From: an uncultured delta proteobacterium
GTDB lineage: Bacteria; Myxococcota; Myxococcia; SLRQ01
Length of the DNA stretch: 64,000 nt
Assembly: GCA_963727485.1 (NCBI GenBank)
Contig: CAVSGM010000002.1
Coordinates: 480,001 to 544,000, forward strand
Direction: 5' to 3'
Position numbers and translations under genes: made by a program
Notes under the pieces: generated by a model
Database searches by the model: none
Told to the model about the DNA's origin: nothing
What the model saw: the letters and a program-made list of their open reading frames with translations, nothing else
Shown: in pieces, positions 26,220 to 36,881 of the stretch
How positions within the stretch are numbered: the first letter of the stretch is position 1
How the letters are laid out: the number at the start of each line of letters is the position of its first letter

Positions 26220-28325
26220 CTACCCCACCTGGTGGCTGGCGTCGGCGATGCCGGCCCACGCCGGGTCGGCGCTGTGGAGGATCACCTGGGCGGAGCCGGC
26301 GAGGAAGCGCAGCATCTTGCCCACCAGCTGCTTGCGCCCGGGGTCCAGCTCGTCGAAGCAGCTCTCGACCACCAGGGGCTGGGGCTCGACCTTCAGGGAC
26401 GCCTCGGCGAAGGCCAGGCGCAGGGCCAGGTAGACGAGATCCTGGTCCAGGGGCGAGAGCCGGGCCCAGGGCAGGACCCGGTTGCCCACCGCCGAGACCA
26501 GCGCCAGGCGCCGCTGGCCGTCGAACTGGAGGCCCACGTAGGCCTTGTTGGTGAGGGCGGCGAGGTACTGGCCCGGGCGCTCCCCGAGGCCCGCGGCGGC
26601 GGTCTCGGCGTCGGCGTGGAGGACGTCGGCGAGGCGCGCGAGGAGCACCGGGCCCGGATCCGGGGCGCTGGGGACGTCGGCCCCGGCGCCCGCGTCGAAG
26701 GAGCCGCCACCGAGGGCGCCAAAGGTCGGATCCCCGGCGTCCCCGGCGGCCGCCTCCGGTGCCGGCTCCGGCGCGGGCGGATCGGGCTCCCCGCGCTCGG
26801 CCCGGGCGATGGACGCCTCGAGGGACTCGATGTCGCGCACCAGGTCGCCGGGGTCCTGGCCGTAGCCCCCGCTCCCGGCGAGCTGCTGCTCGAGGGCGGT
26901 GATCTCGTCGGCGATCTTCGCCCGCTCGGCCTCGGTGGCCTGGTGCTCGCTGTCGCCGGCGGCCTGGGCGAGGCGCGCGGCGGCCTCGTCCCGGAGGGCC
27001 TTGGCCTTGTTCCGCTGCCCGTAGCGCTCGAGGACCGCCGCCGGCGAGCTGACGCCCAGGTCCTTCATCACCTTGCGGACGGTGACCGTCTCCAGCTCGA
27101 ACTGGCGCCGCACCTTGGCCGCCCGCTCCTCGAGGCTCCCGGCGCGGCCCGAGAGGCCCTCGTGGTGCTCCCGGGCCCCGAGCCACTGGAGGAGGACGAA
27201 GCCCGCGGCCCCGAGGGCCACCGGATCGAGGAGGGCCACCCACCGGAGCCCGGGGATCGCCACCGCGGCGGCGGTGAGCGCCAGGAAGCCCCCGACCCCT
27301 CCGAGGAGGACCGGGTGCTTCGTCGGCGGCTCCGGGGGCAGGGCCAGGCGCTCGCCGAGGGTGTCCCGCTCGCCCTCGAGGCGCCCGAGGGTCTGCTCGA
27401 GCTTGCCGGCGAGGTAGGCGTACTCCTTGGCCCGGGCCTCGAAGTCGCCGGGGAGGCTCTCGAGGTCCCCGAAGCCGGCGAGGGACTCGTCGAGGCGGTC
27501 GACCTCGCCCTGGAGGCGCCGGGTCTCCTTGAGCTGCTCGTCGAGCTGGAAGGCCCGGTTCTGGAGGCCGTCGAGCTTGAACTGGGTCTCGTCGATGGTG
27601 TCGGCGGCGGCCTTGGCCTGCTGGAGGACCTCGAGCTTCTTGCGCTTCTCCTCGAGGGACAGGTGGCCGAAGGCGTCCCCCCCGGCGGCCGGGGCCACGG
27701 CCGGGGCGTCGCCCTGGTAGCCGGGGAAGCCGGGGCCCCCGCCGGGATCGCCGCCCTGGTACCCGGGGAAGCGGTTGGTGGCGGCGGCGTTCATCCCGGC
27801 GCCGTGGATGCCCCCGGCGCCGGCCGGGGGCCTGGGGAAGCCCTTGGCGCCCCCCGGCGCCTCCACCGGGGCCTGGGCCGACGCCTCGGCGGGCTGGCGG
27901 CTCGGGAGCCCGTCGGCGGCGAAGGCGAAGAGGTCCTGGAAGAGGTCCTCGCCGGGGACGCGCACCTGGCTGCGCAGGTACTGGCCCACCTCGGCGGCCC
28001 TTGCCGAGACCGGGAGGAACTTCTTCTGGGCGGCGTCCCAGCGCAGCAGCTGCACCGCGCCGCTGGCGAGATCGCGGATGACCCGGTAGACGTTCCCGCC
28101 TCCGTCCTGGAGGGTCATGCCCAGGCGCGCGGTCTGGCTGCCGGGGGCGCGGAGGGACGCCGGCGGCTCGACCCCCTCGTGGTAGAGGGCGTGGGCCACC
28201 AGCCGTGCCAGGGGCATGGGACCGGCGGCGCCGGGGACCAGGCGGGTCACCCCAGGGCCGACCGCGGCCCGAAGGAGGCCGGGGCTGCCGGGGACGCCCT
28301 GGAAGACGAGCTCGAGGATGCGCAT
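26220..28325 (-). CDS. YhaN/SMC-like coiled-coil membrane protein with degenerate ABC-ATPase motifs
   Basis: MRILEL N-terminal strand, long coiled coils with a central TM hairpin, LSPLDQDLVYLALRLA, PLVVESCFDELD..R, QVILHS. Confidence 0.65.
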   Translation of the reverse strand: MRILELVFQGVPGSPGLLRAAVGPGVTRLVPGAAGPMPLARLVAHALYHEGVEPPASLRAPGSQTARLGMTLQDGGGNVYRVIRDLASGAVQLLRWDAAQKKFLPVSARAAEVGQYLRSQVRVPGEDLFQDLFAFAADGLPSRQPAEASAQAPVEAPGGAKGFPRPPAGAGGIHGAGMNAAATNRFPGYQGGDPGGGPGFPGYQGDAPAVAPAAGGDAFGHLSLEEKRKKLEVLQQAKAAADTIDETQFKLDGLQNRAFQLDEQLKETRRLQGEVDRLDESLAGFGDLESLPGDFEARAKEYAYLAGKLEQTLGRLEGERDTLGERLALPPEPPTKHPVLLGGVGGFLALTAAAVAIPGLRWVALLDPVALGAAGFVLLQWLGAREHHEGLSGRAGSLEERAAKVRRQFELETVTVRKVMKDLGVSSPAAVLERYGQRNKAKALRDEAAARLAQAAGDSEHQATEAERAKIADEITALEQQLAGSGGYGQDPGDLVRDIESLEASIARAERGEPDPPAPEPAPEAAAGDAGDPTFGALGGGSFDAGAGADVPSAPDPGPVLLARLADVLHADAETAAAGLGERPGQYLAALTNKAYVGLQFDGQRRLALVSAVGNRVLPWARLSPLDQDLVYLALRLAFAEASLKVEPQPLVVESCFDELDPGRKQLVGKMLRFLAGSAQVILHSADPAWAGIADASHQVG

Positions 28326-28425
28326 GGCGGGCCGGGGAGAGGCCGGCCCAGTCTAGCGCAGATCCGCGTTGGGGCCGAAGCCCCGCGGTCCACGGCCCGG
28401 GCCGGCACCGCGGCCGGCCGCCGGA

Positions 28426-28863
28426 TCAGCTCTCGGCGGTCTCGGTCTCGGTCTCGGCCGGCTCGGCCGCGGCCTGGGGCCCGGCGCCCTCGGGGAGGGT
28501 CCGGGTCCGGTCGCCCACGGCCTCGGCACGCAGCCGCGCCCGCTTGCCCGAGAGCTCGCGGAGGTAGTAGAGGCGCGAGCGACGCACCCGGCCGGTGCTC
28601 ATGACCTCGACCTTCTCCACCCGCGGCGAGTAGAGCGGGAAGATGCGCTCGACGCCGACCCCGAAGGAGACCTTCCGGACGGTGAACGAGGCGCGGTTTC
28701 CGCCCCCGCGGATGCGGAGCACCACACCCTCGAAGACCTGGATGCGCTCCTTGTCGCCCTCGACGATCCGCTGGTGCACCCGCACGGTATCACCGGGGCG
28801 CAGCTCCGGGATCTCGGAGCGGAGGAACTTGTTCTCGATGAGCTGGATCGCCTTCTGACGCAT
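28426..28863 (-). CDS. rplS: 50S ribosomal protein L19
   Basis: [39 protein letters not shown]. Confidence 0.97.
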   Translation of the reverse strand: MRQKAIQLIENKFLRSEIPELRPGDTVRVHQRIVEGDKERIQVFEGVVLRIRGGGNRASFTVRKVSFGVGVERIFPLYSPRVEKVEVMSTGRVRRSRLYYLRELSGKRARLRAEAVGDRTRTLPEGAGPQAAAEPAETETETAES

Positions 28864-28895
28864 TGGAATCACCCTCTTGGCGGCGCGAGCGAGCG

Positions 28896-28924
28896 GATAT
28901 ACGGGGTCCCCGCCCGAAAATCAA
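28896..28924 (-). promoter_or_regulatory. Putative internal promoter for rplS
   Basis: Minus strand TTGATT-N17-TATATC; the -35 overlaps the trmD stop codon. Confidence 0.4.
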
Positions 28925-29715
28925 GTCCCTGTCGGGTCGTCCTCGGGGCCCGGCGGGTCGCCTGGGGTCCCCTCCGCCTCGGCGTCGACCTCGGCGAGGG
29001 CTGCCCGGTCCGCGTCACCAAGCTCGAGGCGGGCCAGGAGGTCCGGCCGCCACCGCCGGGTGCGGGCCAGGGCCTGGTCCCGGCGCCACCGGGCGATGCG
29101 GGCGTGATCGCCCGAGAGGAGCACCGGGGGGACCGCCTCACCCCGGAACGCCGGGGGCCGGGTGTACTGGGGGTACTCCAGGAGGCCGTCCTCGAAGGAC
29201 TCGGAGGCGGTGGAGGCGGCGTTCCCCAGGACCCCGGGGACCAGGCGCGCCACGGCGTCGACGACACAGAGCGCCGCCGGCTCGCCTCCGGAGAGGACGA
29301 AGTCGCCCAGGGAGAGGGCGTCGTCGACGTGGGCCCGGACCCGCTCGTCGATCCCCTCGTAGCGGCCGCAGACCAGCACCAGGTGATCGACGTCGGCGGC
29401 CAGCGCCCGGGCGTCGGCCTGCCGGAAGACCCGGGCGGTGGGGGTCAGCAGGACCACCCGCAGGGTGGCCCCGGGGTCGGCCTCGGCCCGGGCGGCCTCG
29501 ATGGCGGCGACCACCGGCTCGGGCTTCATGACCATCCCCGCGCCGCCGCCGTAGGGCGCGTCGTCGCAGACCCGGTGCCGGCCCTCGGCGTAGTCCCGGA
29601 TGTCCCGGAGGCGGAAGTCGAGGTGGCCCGCCTCCCGGCCCTTGCCCAGGACGCTCTGCGCCAGCGGCGCCTCGAGCATCCCGGGGAAGAGGGTGAGGAT
29701 CTCGAAGCGCTTCAC
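28921..29715 (-). CDS. trmD: tRNA (guanine-N1)-methyltransferase
   Basis: [49 protein letters not shown]. Confidence 0.97.
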   Translation of the reverse strand: MKRFEILTLFPGMLEAPLAQSVLGKGREAGHLDFRLRDIRDYAEGRHRVCDDAPYGGGAGMVMKPEPVVAAIEAARAEADPGATLRVVLLTPTARVFRQADARALAADVDHLVLVCGRYEGIDERVRAHVDDALSLGDFVLSGGEPAALCVVDAVARLVPGVLGNAASTASESFEDGLLEYPQYTRPPAFRGEAVPPVLLSGDHARIARWRRDQALARTRRWRPDLLARLELGDADRAALAEVDAEAEGTPGDPPGPEDDPTGT

Positions 29716-30233
29716 CTCGCCTGCTCCAGGTCCACCAGGCCCTCGGGGAGGTCGACCACCATCCGTCCGGCGGCGCGGTCGACCTCCACCAGGAAGGCCG
29801 CGACCGCCGGGAGGAGCCAGGCGCCCCCGGGGCCGTCCACGGTGAGGAGGTCCTGGAGCCCCGCGGTCTCCACGCCGGTGACCGTGCCCAGGACCCGCCC
29901 GTCCCCGTCGACCACGGCGAGGCCGAGGAGATTGGCGAGGTAGGTGTCCTCGGGGGCCTCGGGGAGGACCTCCCGGGGGACGCTCACCTCGCGCCCGGTG
30001 AGGGCGGCGGCGGCGTCCCGGTCCCCCACCCCCTCGAGGCGCAGGAGCCAGGCGCCACCGGGGCCCGGGCGGCTGCCGAGGACCGGCCGGAGGGCCCCGT
30101 CCCCGAGATCCACCGCCTCGAGCTCGCCGGGGAGCTCCGAGTCGGGGTTGTAGGGCACCAGGCGAACCTCGCCTCGGACGCCATGGGGGCGCCCGAGCCT
30201 GCCCACGGGGACCCGGCGCGTGTCACCCGCCAC
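29712..30233 (-). CDS. rimM: Ribosome maturation factor RimM
   Basis: [35 protein letters not shown]; position in the rpsP-trmD operon. Confidence 0.92.
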   Translation of the reverse strand: MAGDTRRVPVGRLGRPHGVRGEVRLVPYNPDSELPGELEAVDLGDGALRPVLGSRPGPGGAWLLRLEGVGDRDAAAALTGREVSVPREVLPEAPEDTYLANLLGLAVVDGDGRVLGTVTGVETAGLQDLLTVDGPGGAWLLPAVAAFLVEVDRAAGRMVVDLPEGLVDLEQAR

Positions 30234-30237
30234 GGCC

Positions 30238-30474
30238 CTACTCGAGGATCTCGAGGACCGACCGCTTGTGCAGCTTGGTGGAGGCAGCACTCAGGAGGGT
30301 GCGCATCGCCGCGGCGGTGCGCCCCTTCTTCCCGATCACCTTGCCCAGGTCTTCCTTGGCGACCTTCAGCTCGATGACCGAGGTCTGCTCGCCCACGATC
30401 TCGCGGACCTCGACCTCTTCCGGCTTGTCCACCAGCGCTTCGGCGATGGTGGCGATGAGCTCCTTGAGAGCCAA
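30238..30474 (-). CDS. khpA: KH-domain RNA-binding protein KhpA
   Basis: [35 protein letters not shown] start with GGAGG SD. Confidence 0.92.
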   Translation of the reverse strand: MALKELIATIAEALVDKPEEVEVREIVGEQTSVIELKVAKEDLGKVIGKKGRTAAAMRTLLSAASTKLHKRSVLEILE

Positions 30475-30553
30475 CGTGAACCTCCGCGGGGAACGAGAGC
30501 GGGAGCGCCTGGGGGATCGGGCCGGCGGCGCCGACCCGGGAGCGGGAGGCTGT

Positions 30554-30835
30554 CTACTCGGCGGCGGCCGCGGCTGCGGCGGGCGCGTCGGCCTGCTGCT
30601 TCCGGGCGTCCTTGAGCAGCTTGGCCACGCGCTCGGTGGGCAGGGCGCCCATGGAGAGCCAGTGGTCGACCCGCTCGAGCTTGAAGTCCAGGCCCTCGGG
30701 CTCGGTGCCCGGGTTGTAGGTCCCGAGCTTCTCGATGAACCGGCCGTCCCGGGGGAACCGCTTGTCGGCGGCCACCAGGTGGTAGATCGGGGCCTTCTTG
30801 GCGCCCGCACGCTTGAGTCGAAGAACCGTCGCCAT
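30554..30835 (-). CDS. rpsP: 30S ribosomal protein S16
   Basis: [38 protein letters not shown]. Confidence 0.97.
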   Translation of the reverse strand: MATVLRLKRAGAKKAPIYHLVAADKRFPRDGRFIEKLGTYNPGTEPEGLDFKLERVDHWLSMGALPTERVAKLLKDARKQQADAPAAAAAAAE

Positions 30836-30986
30836 GTATGCCTCTGACGTCGCTACGAGGGTGCTGCGAAAAGGATGAACGCGAACGCACGGACGGACTT
30901 CAGGCCCGGCCAAGCGTCGGAAGTGTGGGTGAATACGTCGCTTCACCCCCGCCCGTCAAGGCTTTAGACACCCTGGCGGCGTCCCG

Positions 30987-32558
30987 CTAGGGCTTGGGGA
31001 CCCCCACCACCGAGAGGATGGACGAGAGGTCCTGGTCGGTGAAGTAGAACCCGGCGCCGACGAAGAAGTCCCGGGGGTTCTTGTCGAAGATGGGATCGGA
31101 GGCCAGGCTCGGCGGCAGGAGGGTGTGGGCGTTGAGCACGTCGTCCACGCCCCCGGTCACGAAGAGGTGCCCGAGGAACGAGGCGGTGGCGAAGGCGCGC
31201 ACCCGCGGCCACTTCTTGTAGCGGTCGCCGAAGTCGAAGGCCTCGACGGAGAGATTGAGGTGCCCGTGGAAGAGCCCCACGTCCCCGGCGAGGCCCCCGG
31301 TGGTCTCGATGAGGCCGAACTTCCCCGTGAGGCTGAACCCGCCAAAGCGCCACCTGTGGGCCATGAGGGCGTTGAAGGTGAGCTGGTCGGACCGCTTGGC
31401 GATGGTGGTCTGGGTGGGCTTCCCGGCGGCGTCGTAGGTGGTCACCTGGTCGGGCATCCACACCGGCAGGGGGGAGACCACGCCCACCTCGTACCACTTG
31501 TCCTCGGCGGGCTTGAGCCGGACGGTGAACTCCTCGCGGCCGCTGTCGTGGTTCAGGTAGTACTCCGCCCGCATCCGCACCTCGGTCTGGAGGCCGGTGA
31601 GGCGGTTGACGAAGTCGGAGGCGTCGGTGACCGTCTTCTCCAGCTTCCGGGCCAGGGTCTCGTCGGTGAGCAGCTTGCCCACCGTGCCCTTGCCCTGGGC
31701 GACCTTCCGGGTGACGTCCTCGACCTGGGTCAGGGAGGCGTTGAGGGTGTCGAGGCTCTGGCGCAGGCCGGCGACCCCCTCGGAGAGGCCCTTCTGGTTG
31801 GTCCCCAGCATCTGCTTCACCGAGTCGAGGACGTCTTGCACGCTCGAGGCCACCTGGTGGATCTGGCCGGTGACCTCCTCGACGTTGGCGAGGATGGTCT
31901 GGACGGTGCCGGTCTCGCCGGCGGTCAGGTCCCGGGCGCTGCGGGAGAGCGCCTGGAAGTTGGTGAGGATGTCGTTGAGCTTCTCGGAGTTCTCGAGGAT
32001 GGTCTTGTTCACCGACTCGGTGAGGGTCGTCATGTCCTCGACGATCTTCTTGATGCTCCCGGCGCCCTTCTCCCCACCAAGGACCTCCTTGATGGAACCG
32101 GTGACCGACTGGATGTCCTTGGTCACCTTGCCCAGGGTGGCGAAGACCTGCTCCATGGAGCCGGCGCTGACCACGTCCTTGATCTGGCCCCCGTCCTGGA
32201 TCCGCGGCGGGGTGTGGCCGGGGCTGATGTCGAGCATCATGTCCCCGATGAAGCCCTCGGAGCGCTTGGCGATCCTGGCGTCGCTGTAGAGGCTGATCTC
32301 GTTCTTGATCCGGAGGACGACCTTGGCCTTGTTGCCGACGAGGGAGACCGACTGGATCTGGCCCACCTCGATGCCGGCGATCTGGACCTTGGTCTTGCTG
32401 CGCAGGCCCGAGGCGTCGTCGAAGATGGCGAAGGTCTCGTAGGAGTTGCCGGCGTTGAGCCCGCCCTTGGTGACCTTGAGGACGCCGAAGACCAGCGCCA
32501 CCACCGCCGCGATGGTGAGCAGGCCAACCTTGATGGGCGTCCAGAACTTGCGCTGCAT
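30987..32558 (-). CDS. mlaD: MlaD/MCE-family protein with long helical region and beta-rich C-terminus
   Basis: KVGLL TM anchor, FDDASGL...VQIAGIEVGQI MCE domain, GKGTVGKLLTDE. Confidence 0.88.
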   Translation of the reverse strand: MQRKFWTPIKVGLLTIAAVVALVFGVLKVTKGGLNAGNSYETFAIFDDASGLRSKTKVQIAGIEVGQIQSVSLVGNKAKVVLRIKNEISLYSDARIAKRSEGFIGDMMLDISPGHTPPRIQDGGQIKDVVSAGSMEQVFATLGKVTKDIQSVTGSIKEVLGGEKGAGSIKKIVEDMTTLTESVNKTILENSEKLNDILTNFQALSRSARDLTAGETGTVQTILANVEEVTGQIHQVASSVQDVLDSVKQMLGTNQKGLSEGVAGLRQSLDTLNASLTQVEDVTRKVAQGKGTVGKLLTDETLARKLEKTVTDASDFVNRLTGLQTEVRMRAEYYLNHDSGREEFTVRLKPAEDKWYEVGVVSPLPVWMPDQVTTYDAAGKPTQTTIAKRSDQLTFNALMAHRWRFGGFSLTGKFGLIETTGGLAGDVGLFHGHLNLSVEAFDFGDRYKKWPRVRAFATASFLGHLFVTGGVDDVLNAHTLLPPSLASDPIFDKNPRDFFVGAGFYFTDQDLSSILSVVGVPKP

Positions 32559-32566
32559 CGGGGAGC

Positions 32567-33319
32567 TCAGTTCTTGCCGAACCAGGTGCCGAGGAACTCC
32601 TGCACATGGGGATGGGGGTGCTTGCGGAGCTCGTCGCCGGTACCCTCCGCGACGATTTGCCCATCGTAGAGGACGGCCAGCCTGGTCGCCACCTTGAAGG
32701 CGCTGGCGATGTCATGGCTGATGACCACGCTGGTCACCCCGAAGGCGTCCCGGGCCTGGAGGATCATGTCGTCGACGTCGTCGGTGGTGATGGGGTCGAG
32801 GCCGGTGGTGGGCTCGTCGTAGAGGACGATCTTGGGGTCCATCACCACCGCCCGGGCCAGCCCCACCCGCTTGCGCATGCCCCCGGAGAGCTCGGCGGGG
32901 AACTTGTCCTCGGTCCCCGAGAGGCCCACCACCTCCAGCTTCTCGGCGACCTTCTGGCGGATCTCGTCCTCGGGCATGCGCCGGAAGTGCTCACGCAGGG
33001 GGAAGCTCACGTTCTGGTAGACGGTCATGGAGTCGAAGAGGGCCGCCCCCTGGAACACCATCCCGAACTTCCGCCGGAGGCGCTCGAGCTCCCGCTCGCT
33101 GACCTGCACGATGTCCTCGTCCTCGACGAAGACCCGCCCCGAATCGGGCCGGAGCAGGCCGATCATGTGCTTCATCAGCACGCTCTTGCCCGAGCCCGAG
33201 GCCCCGAGGATCACCACGGTGCTCCCGTGCTCCACCTCGAGGTCCACGCCCTTGAGGACGTGGTTCCCGCCGAAGGACTTGTGGAGGTCCTCGATGCGGA
33301 TGATCGCTTCGTCGGCCAC
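32567..33319 (-). CDS. mlaF: Mla/MCE ABC transporter ATP-binding protein
   Basis: GASGSGKS, FQGAALFDS, LSGGMRKRVGLARA, LYDEPTTGLDP, SHD. Confidence 0.93.
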   Translation of the reverse strand: MADEAIIRIEDLHKSFGGNHVLKGVDLEVEHGSTVVILGASGSGKSVLMKHMIGLLRPDSGRVFVEDEDIVQVSERELERLRRKFGMVFQGAALFDSMTVYQNVSFPLREHFRRMPEDEIRQKVAEKLEVVGLSGTEDKFPAELSGGMRKRVGLARAVVMDPKIVLYDEPTTGLDPITTDDVDDMILQARDAFGVTSVVISHDIASAFKVATRLAVLYDGQIVAEGTGDELRKHPHPHVQEFLGTWFGKN

Positions 33320-33321
33320 GG

Positions 33322-34110
33322 TCAGACCAGGAGCAGGAGGGTGATGAAGTAGTCGAGGATGAAGATGGCCACGGAGGTCAGGACCACCGCCTCGGTGGTG
33401 GCCCGCCCCACCCCCTTGGACCCGCCCTTGGCGTAGTAGCCCTTGTAGCAGGCGATGAGGGCGATCACGACGCCGAAGACCAGCGCCTTGAGCATCCCCG
33501 ACCAGATGTCGCTGGGGTCCACCCGGTACTGGGTGCGGGCGAGGAAGGTGCCCACGTCCTGGCCGCCGAAGAGGCAGGTGACCACGTAGGCGCCGAAGAA
33601 GCCCACCCCGTTGAACACCATGGTGAGGACCGGGACCATGACCGTGGATGCCAGGATCCGCGGCACCACCAGGAACTGGATGGGGTTGACCGCCATGGTG
33701 GTCAGGGCGTCGATCTGCTCGGTGACCCGCATGGTCCCGAGCTCGGTGGTGATGGCCGACCCGGCGCGGCCGGTGACCATCAGGGCGGTGAGCACCGGGG
33801 CCAGCTCCCGGGTGAGCGAGAGGGTCACCGTGGGGCCGGTGAGGCCCTGGGCGCCGAAGAGGCCGAAGGCGTAGTTGCTCTGCTCGGCGAAGACCATCCC
33901 GGTGAAGGTGCCGGTGAGGACGACGATGAACAGGCTCCCGACGCCGATGAACTCCATCTGGCCCAGGATGTTCGCCACCCGGTAAGGGGGCCGGACCACC
34001 CAGGCGGTGGACTCGACGAGGAGCTGCACCAGGGCGCCGATCTCCTCGAAGAAGAAGATCACGCGGCTCCCGATTCGGCTGACGAGGTCGACGACGGCGC
34101 CCAAGACCAC
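33322..34110 (-). CDS. mlaE: MlaE-family ABC permease
   Basis: RELAPVLTALMVTGRAGSAIT.ELGTMRVTEQIDAL, GVGRATT. Confidence 0.95.
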   Translation of the reverse strand: MVLGAVVDLVSRIGSRVIFFFEEIGALVQLLVESTAWVVRPPYRVANILGQMEFIGVGSLFIVVLTGTFTGMVFAEQSNYAFGLFGAQGLTGPTVTLSLTRELAPVLTALMVTGRAGSAITTELGTMRVTEQIDALTTMAVNPIQFLVVPRILASTVMVPVLTMVFNGVGFFGAYVVTCLFGGQDVGTFLARTQYRVDPSDIWSGMLKALVFGVVIALIACYKGYYAKGGSKGVGRATTEAVVLTSVAIFILDYFITLLLLV

Positions 34111-34128
34111 CTCCCGCCCCTGTCTGTA

Positions 34129-35323
34129 CTACGGATCCCGGGGTACGCGCTCGCCGATGGCGCAGAGCACCTCGTAGGGGATGGTGCCGATGCGGTCGGC
34201 GAGCTCGTCGGCGCCCACGAACGCCTCGCCCTGGCGGCCGAGGAGGACCACCTCGTCGCCGAGGGCGACGCCGGGGACGTCGGTGACGTCGACCAGGCAC
34301 ATGTCCATGCACACCCGGCCGATGATCTCGCACCGGCGGCCCCCCACCAGGACCGGGGATCCGTTGGAGTGCCGGCGGTCGTAGCCGTCGGCGTAGCCCA
34401 CCGGGAGGGTGGCCACCAGCGACTCCCGGGGGGCGGACCAGGTCTGGCCGTAGGAGACCTTGAAGCCCGGGGGCACCCGCTTGAGGTGGGTGATGCGGGT
34501 GGCGAGGGTGAGCACCGGCTCGAGGTCGGCGTCCGCTGCGAAACGCGCCGCCGGGGGGTAGCCGTAGAGCATCAGCCCCGGGCGGGCGAGGGCCCGGGCC
34601 TCGAGGGCCACCGTCCCCTCGAGGACGGCGGCGCTGTTGGCGAGGTGGAGCCAGGTGGGCTTGAAGCCCGCGGCGTCGACCCGGGCCACGGCGTCCCGGA
34701 AGCGCGCGACCTGGGCCGCGGTCTCGGCGTCGTCGGCAAGGTCGGCGTTGGCGAAGTGCGAGAGGACGCCGTCGAGGACGAGGCGCGGGTGGGCCTTGGC
34801 GGCCTCGAGGAACGCCGGGAGCGCCTCCGGGAGGACGCCGATGCGCCCCATGCCCGTGTCCACCTTCAGGTGGTAGGCCGCGGTGGCGCCGGACGGCAGC
34901 GCCTGCTGGTAGGCGTCGAGGTGGTCCGGGCGGAAGAGGACCGGGGTGAGCGCCTCGGCGTGGAGGGTCTCCCAGCCGCCCTCGTAGGCGCCGCCGAGGA
35001 CCAGGATGGGCAGGCGGATCCCGGCGCGGCGGAGGGTCACGCCCTCCTCCACCAGGGCCACCCCCAGCCAGCGGATGCCCGCCTCGCCGGCCACCGACTC
35101 CAAGGGCCCGGGAGACCGGGACGGCGCCGTGGCCGTAGGCGTCGGCCTTCACCACCGCCAGGAGGTCCGGGACCGGGACGCCCTGGGCCCGTGCGTGGGC
35201 GGCGAGGACCCGGTGGGCCTCCCGGGCGTTGTGCTCGAGGGCTCCGAGGTCGAGGCGGGCGACCGTGGGACGGATGGCCCGGGTCGGGGGCGGCGAGGGC
35301 TGTGTCTGGGGCGCCATGGTCAC
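34129..35323 (-). CDS. alr: Alanine racemase (frameshift near 35103)
   Basis: RPTVARLDLGAL, AVVKADAYGHGA in one frame; HLKVDTGMGRIG, SHFA, RPGLMLYG, GYADG, GRVCMD in the next. Confidence 0.93.
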
Positions 35324-35381
35324 CGTGTCCTCGGGGCCTCGGGAGGCCCGCAGTTGGGGTAGCAGCGGGGTGCTTCGGGTG

Positions 35382-36104
35382 TCAATCGAGGGGTCGCTGC
35401 AAGACCGTGGCCAGGGCCGGCGCCAGATCGCCGGGCACCGGGGCGGTGACGTCGAGGCCGGCGTCCGGGAGGACCAGGCGCCGGGCGTGGAGGGTGAGCC
35501 GGGCGCAGGTGGCGTCGCCCACGGTGACCGGGCCCGGGTCGCCGTAGCGCAGGTCCACGGCGAGCGGCCAGCCCACCGCGGCGAGGTGGACGCGGATCTG
35601 GTGGGTGCGCCCGGTCTCCGGGTGGGCCTCGACCACGGCGAGCTCGCCGGCGAGGGCGAGGACCCGGAAGCGGGTCACGGCGGCCTGGGCGCCCCGGGGG
35701 AAAGGGAGACCGGCTCCCGGGGCCTCGAGGACGCGCATGCCCCCCTTGCGACCTTCGACCAGGGCCAGGTCGATGCGCCCGGCGGTGGGGGCGTCCGGGC
35801 GCGCGCGCCGGCAGAGGGCGAGGTAGGTCTTCCGGGCGCGCCGGCCGGCGAAGGCGTCGTTGAGGCGCCGGTGGGCCTCGGCGCTCCGGGCCAGGACCAC
35901 CACCCCGCTGGTGTCCCGGTCGAGGCGGTGGACCACGTAGAGGCGCTCGCCGAGGCTGGCCTCGAGGACGCGCTTCAGGGTCGGGCCTTCGGGATCCTCC
36001 CGGGTGGGGATGACCGGGAGGCCCGCGGGCTTGAGGGCGGCGACCCAGTCCGGGGCCTCGGCGAGGAGGGGCACGCCGGGCGGCGGGGACCCGGTGGCGC
36101 TCAA
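35382..36104 (-). CDS. RluA/RluC-family pseudouridine synthase (no S4 domain)
   Basis: KPAGLPV, VHRLDRDTSG, TGRTHQIRVHLA, LHARRL. Confidence 0.88.
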   Translation of the reverse strand: MSATGSPPPGVPLLAEAPDWVAALKPAGLPVIPTREDPEGPTLKRVLEASLGERLYVVHRLDRDTSGVVVLARSAEAHRRLNDAFAGRRARKTYLALCRRARPDAPTAGRIDLALVEGRKGGMRVLEAPGAGLPFPRGAQAAVTRFRVLALAGELAVVEAHPETGRTHQIRVHLAAVGWPLAVDLRYGDPGPVTVGDATCARLTLHARRLVLPDAGLDVTAPVPGDLAPALATVLQRPLD

Positions 36105-36481
36105 GACGCCGGGACGATGGAGAGGTTCACCGGGGCCGAGGTCCGGCCGGCGACGCTGACCACCACCACCGTGGCCCCGGCGGGCGCCTGCGGCACGGTG
36201 AACGTGATGCGGCCGTCGCTCCAGGCGGCGACGTCGGCGAGGGTGCCGTGGACGCTCACGAACCCGTCGGCCTGGAGATCCCCGAAGCCCTGGCCGTCGA
36301 GGACCACCGTGTCGCCGACCCGCGCCGTGGTCGGCGCGAGCTCGTAGACCGCAGGGCTCTCGGGCGCGGCCACCTGGCCGCAGCCAGCGGCGCCGAGCCC
36401 CACGGCGAGGCCCAGCACCGCGGCAGCCCACAGGCCCGGCCGGCGCCGGTGCCCGCCCCCCTGGCTCGACGGAGCGATCAT
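36101..36481 (-). CDS. Small IPT/TIG-domain lipoprotein
   Basis: Lipobox GAAGC; P....GDTVVLDGQGFG, WSDGRITFTVP. Confidence 0.7.
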   Translation of the reverse strand: MIAPSSQGGGHRRRPGLWAAAVLGLAVGLGAAGCGQVAAPESPAVYELAPTTARVGDTVVLDGQGFGDLQADGFVSVHGTLADVAAWSDGRITFTVPQAPAGATVVVVSVAGRTSAPVNLSIVPAS

Positions 36482-36837
36482 GGGGCGCTGGTGCCCTTGC
36501 GCCCGTAGTCGTCCTCGAGACGCACCACGTCGTCGAGCTCGGGCGTCGAGACCTCGAGGACGTCCACGTCGGTCACCGCGATCATCCGGTGCCGGGTGCC
36601 CGGGACCACGTGGAAGACGTCCCCCGCGTTCATCTCCCGCTCCTGCGGCCCCTCGCCCACGTCGTAGACGAGGCGCATGGTGCCGCCGAGGACCCGCAGG
36701 GTCTCCTCCTTCACCCGGTGGTACTGGTAGGAGAGCCGCTGGCCGGCGGTGATGTGGAGGATCTTCCCGACGTAGCGGTCGGTGCGGGCCCAGATGATCT
36801 CGTGGCCCCAGGGCTTGTCGACGCGGGTGGACTCCAT
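36478..36837 (-). CDS. Cupin (mannose-6-phosphate isomerase-like) protein
   Basis: VDKPWGHE, RLSYQYHRVKEET, PGTRHRM, EVSTPELDDVVRLEDDYGR. Confidence 0.88.
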   Translation of the reverse strand: MESTRVDKPWGHEIIWARTDRYVGKILHITAGQRLSYQYHRVKEETLRVLGGTMRLVYDVGEGPQEREMNAGDVFHVVPGTRHRMIAVTDVDVLEVSTPELDDVVRLEDDYGRKGTSAP

Positions 36838-36881
36838 GAACGGGACTGTAGACCACCGCCGGGCCCGGGGGAACTCCGCGG

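Noticed and set aside
30836..30986. Possible ncRNA or riboswitch in the rpsP and rpsA leaders
   Set aside because: No recognisable consensus or convincing structure by eye; an Rfam/Infernal scan would be needed.
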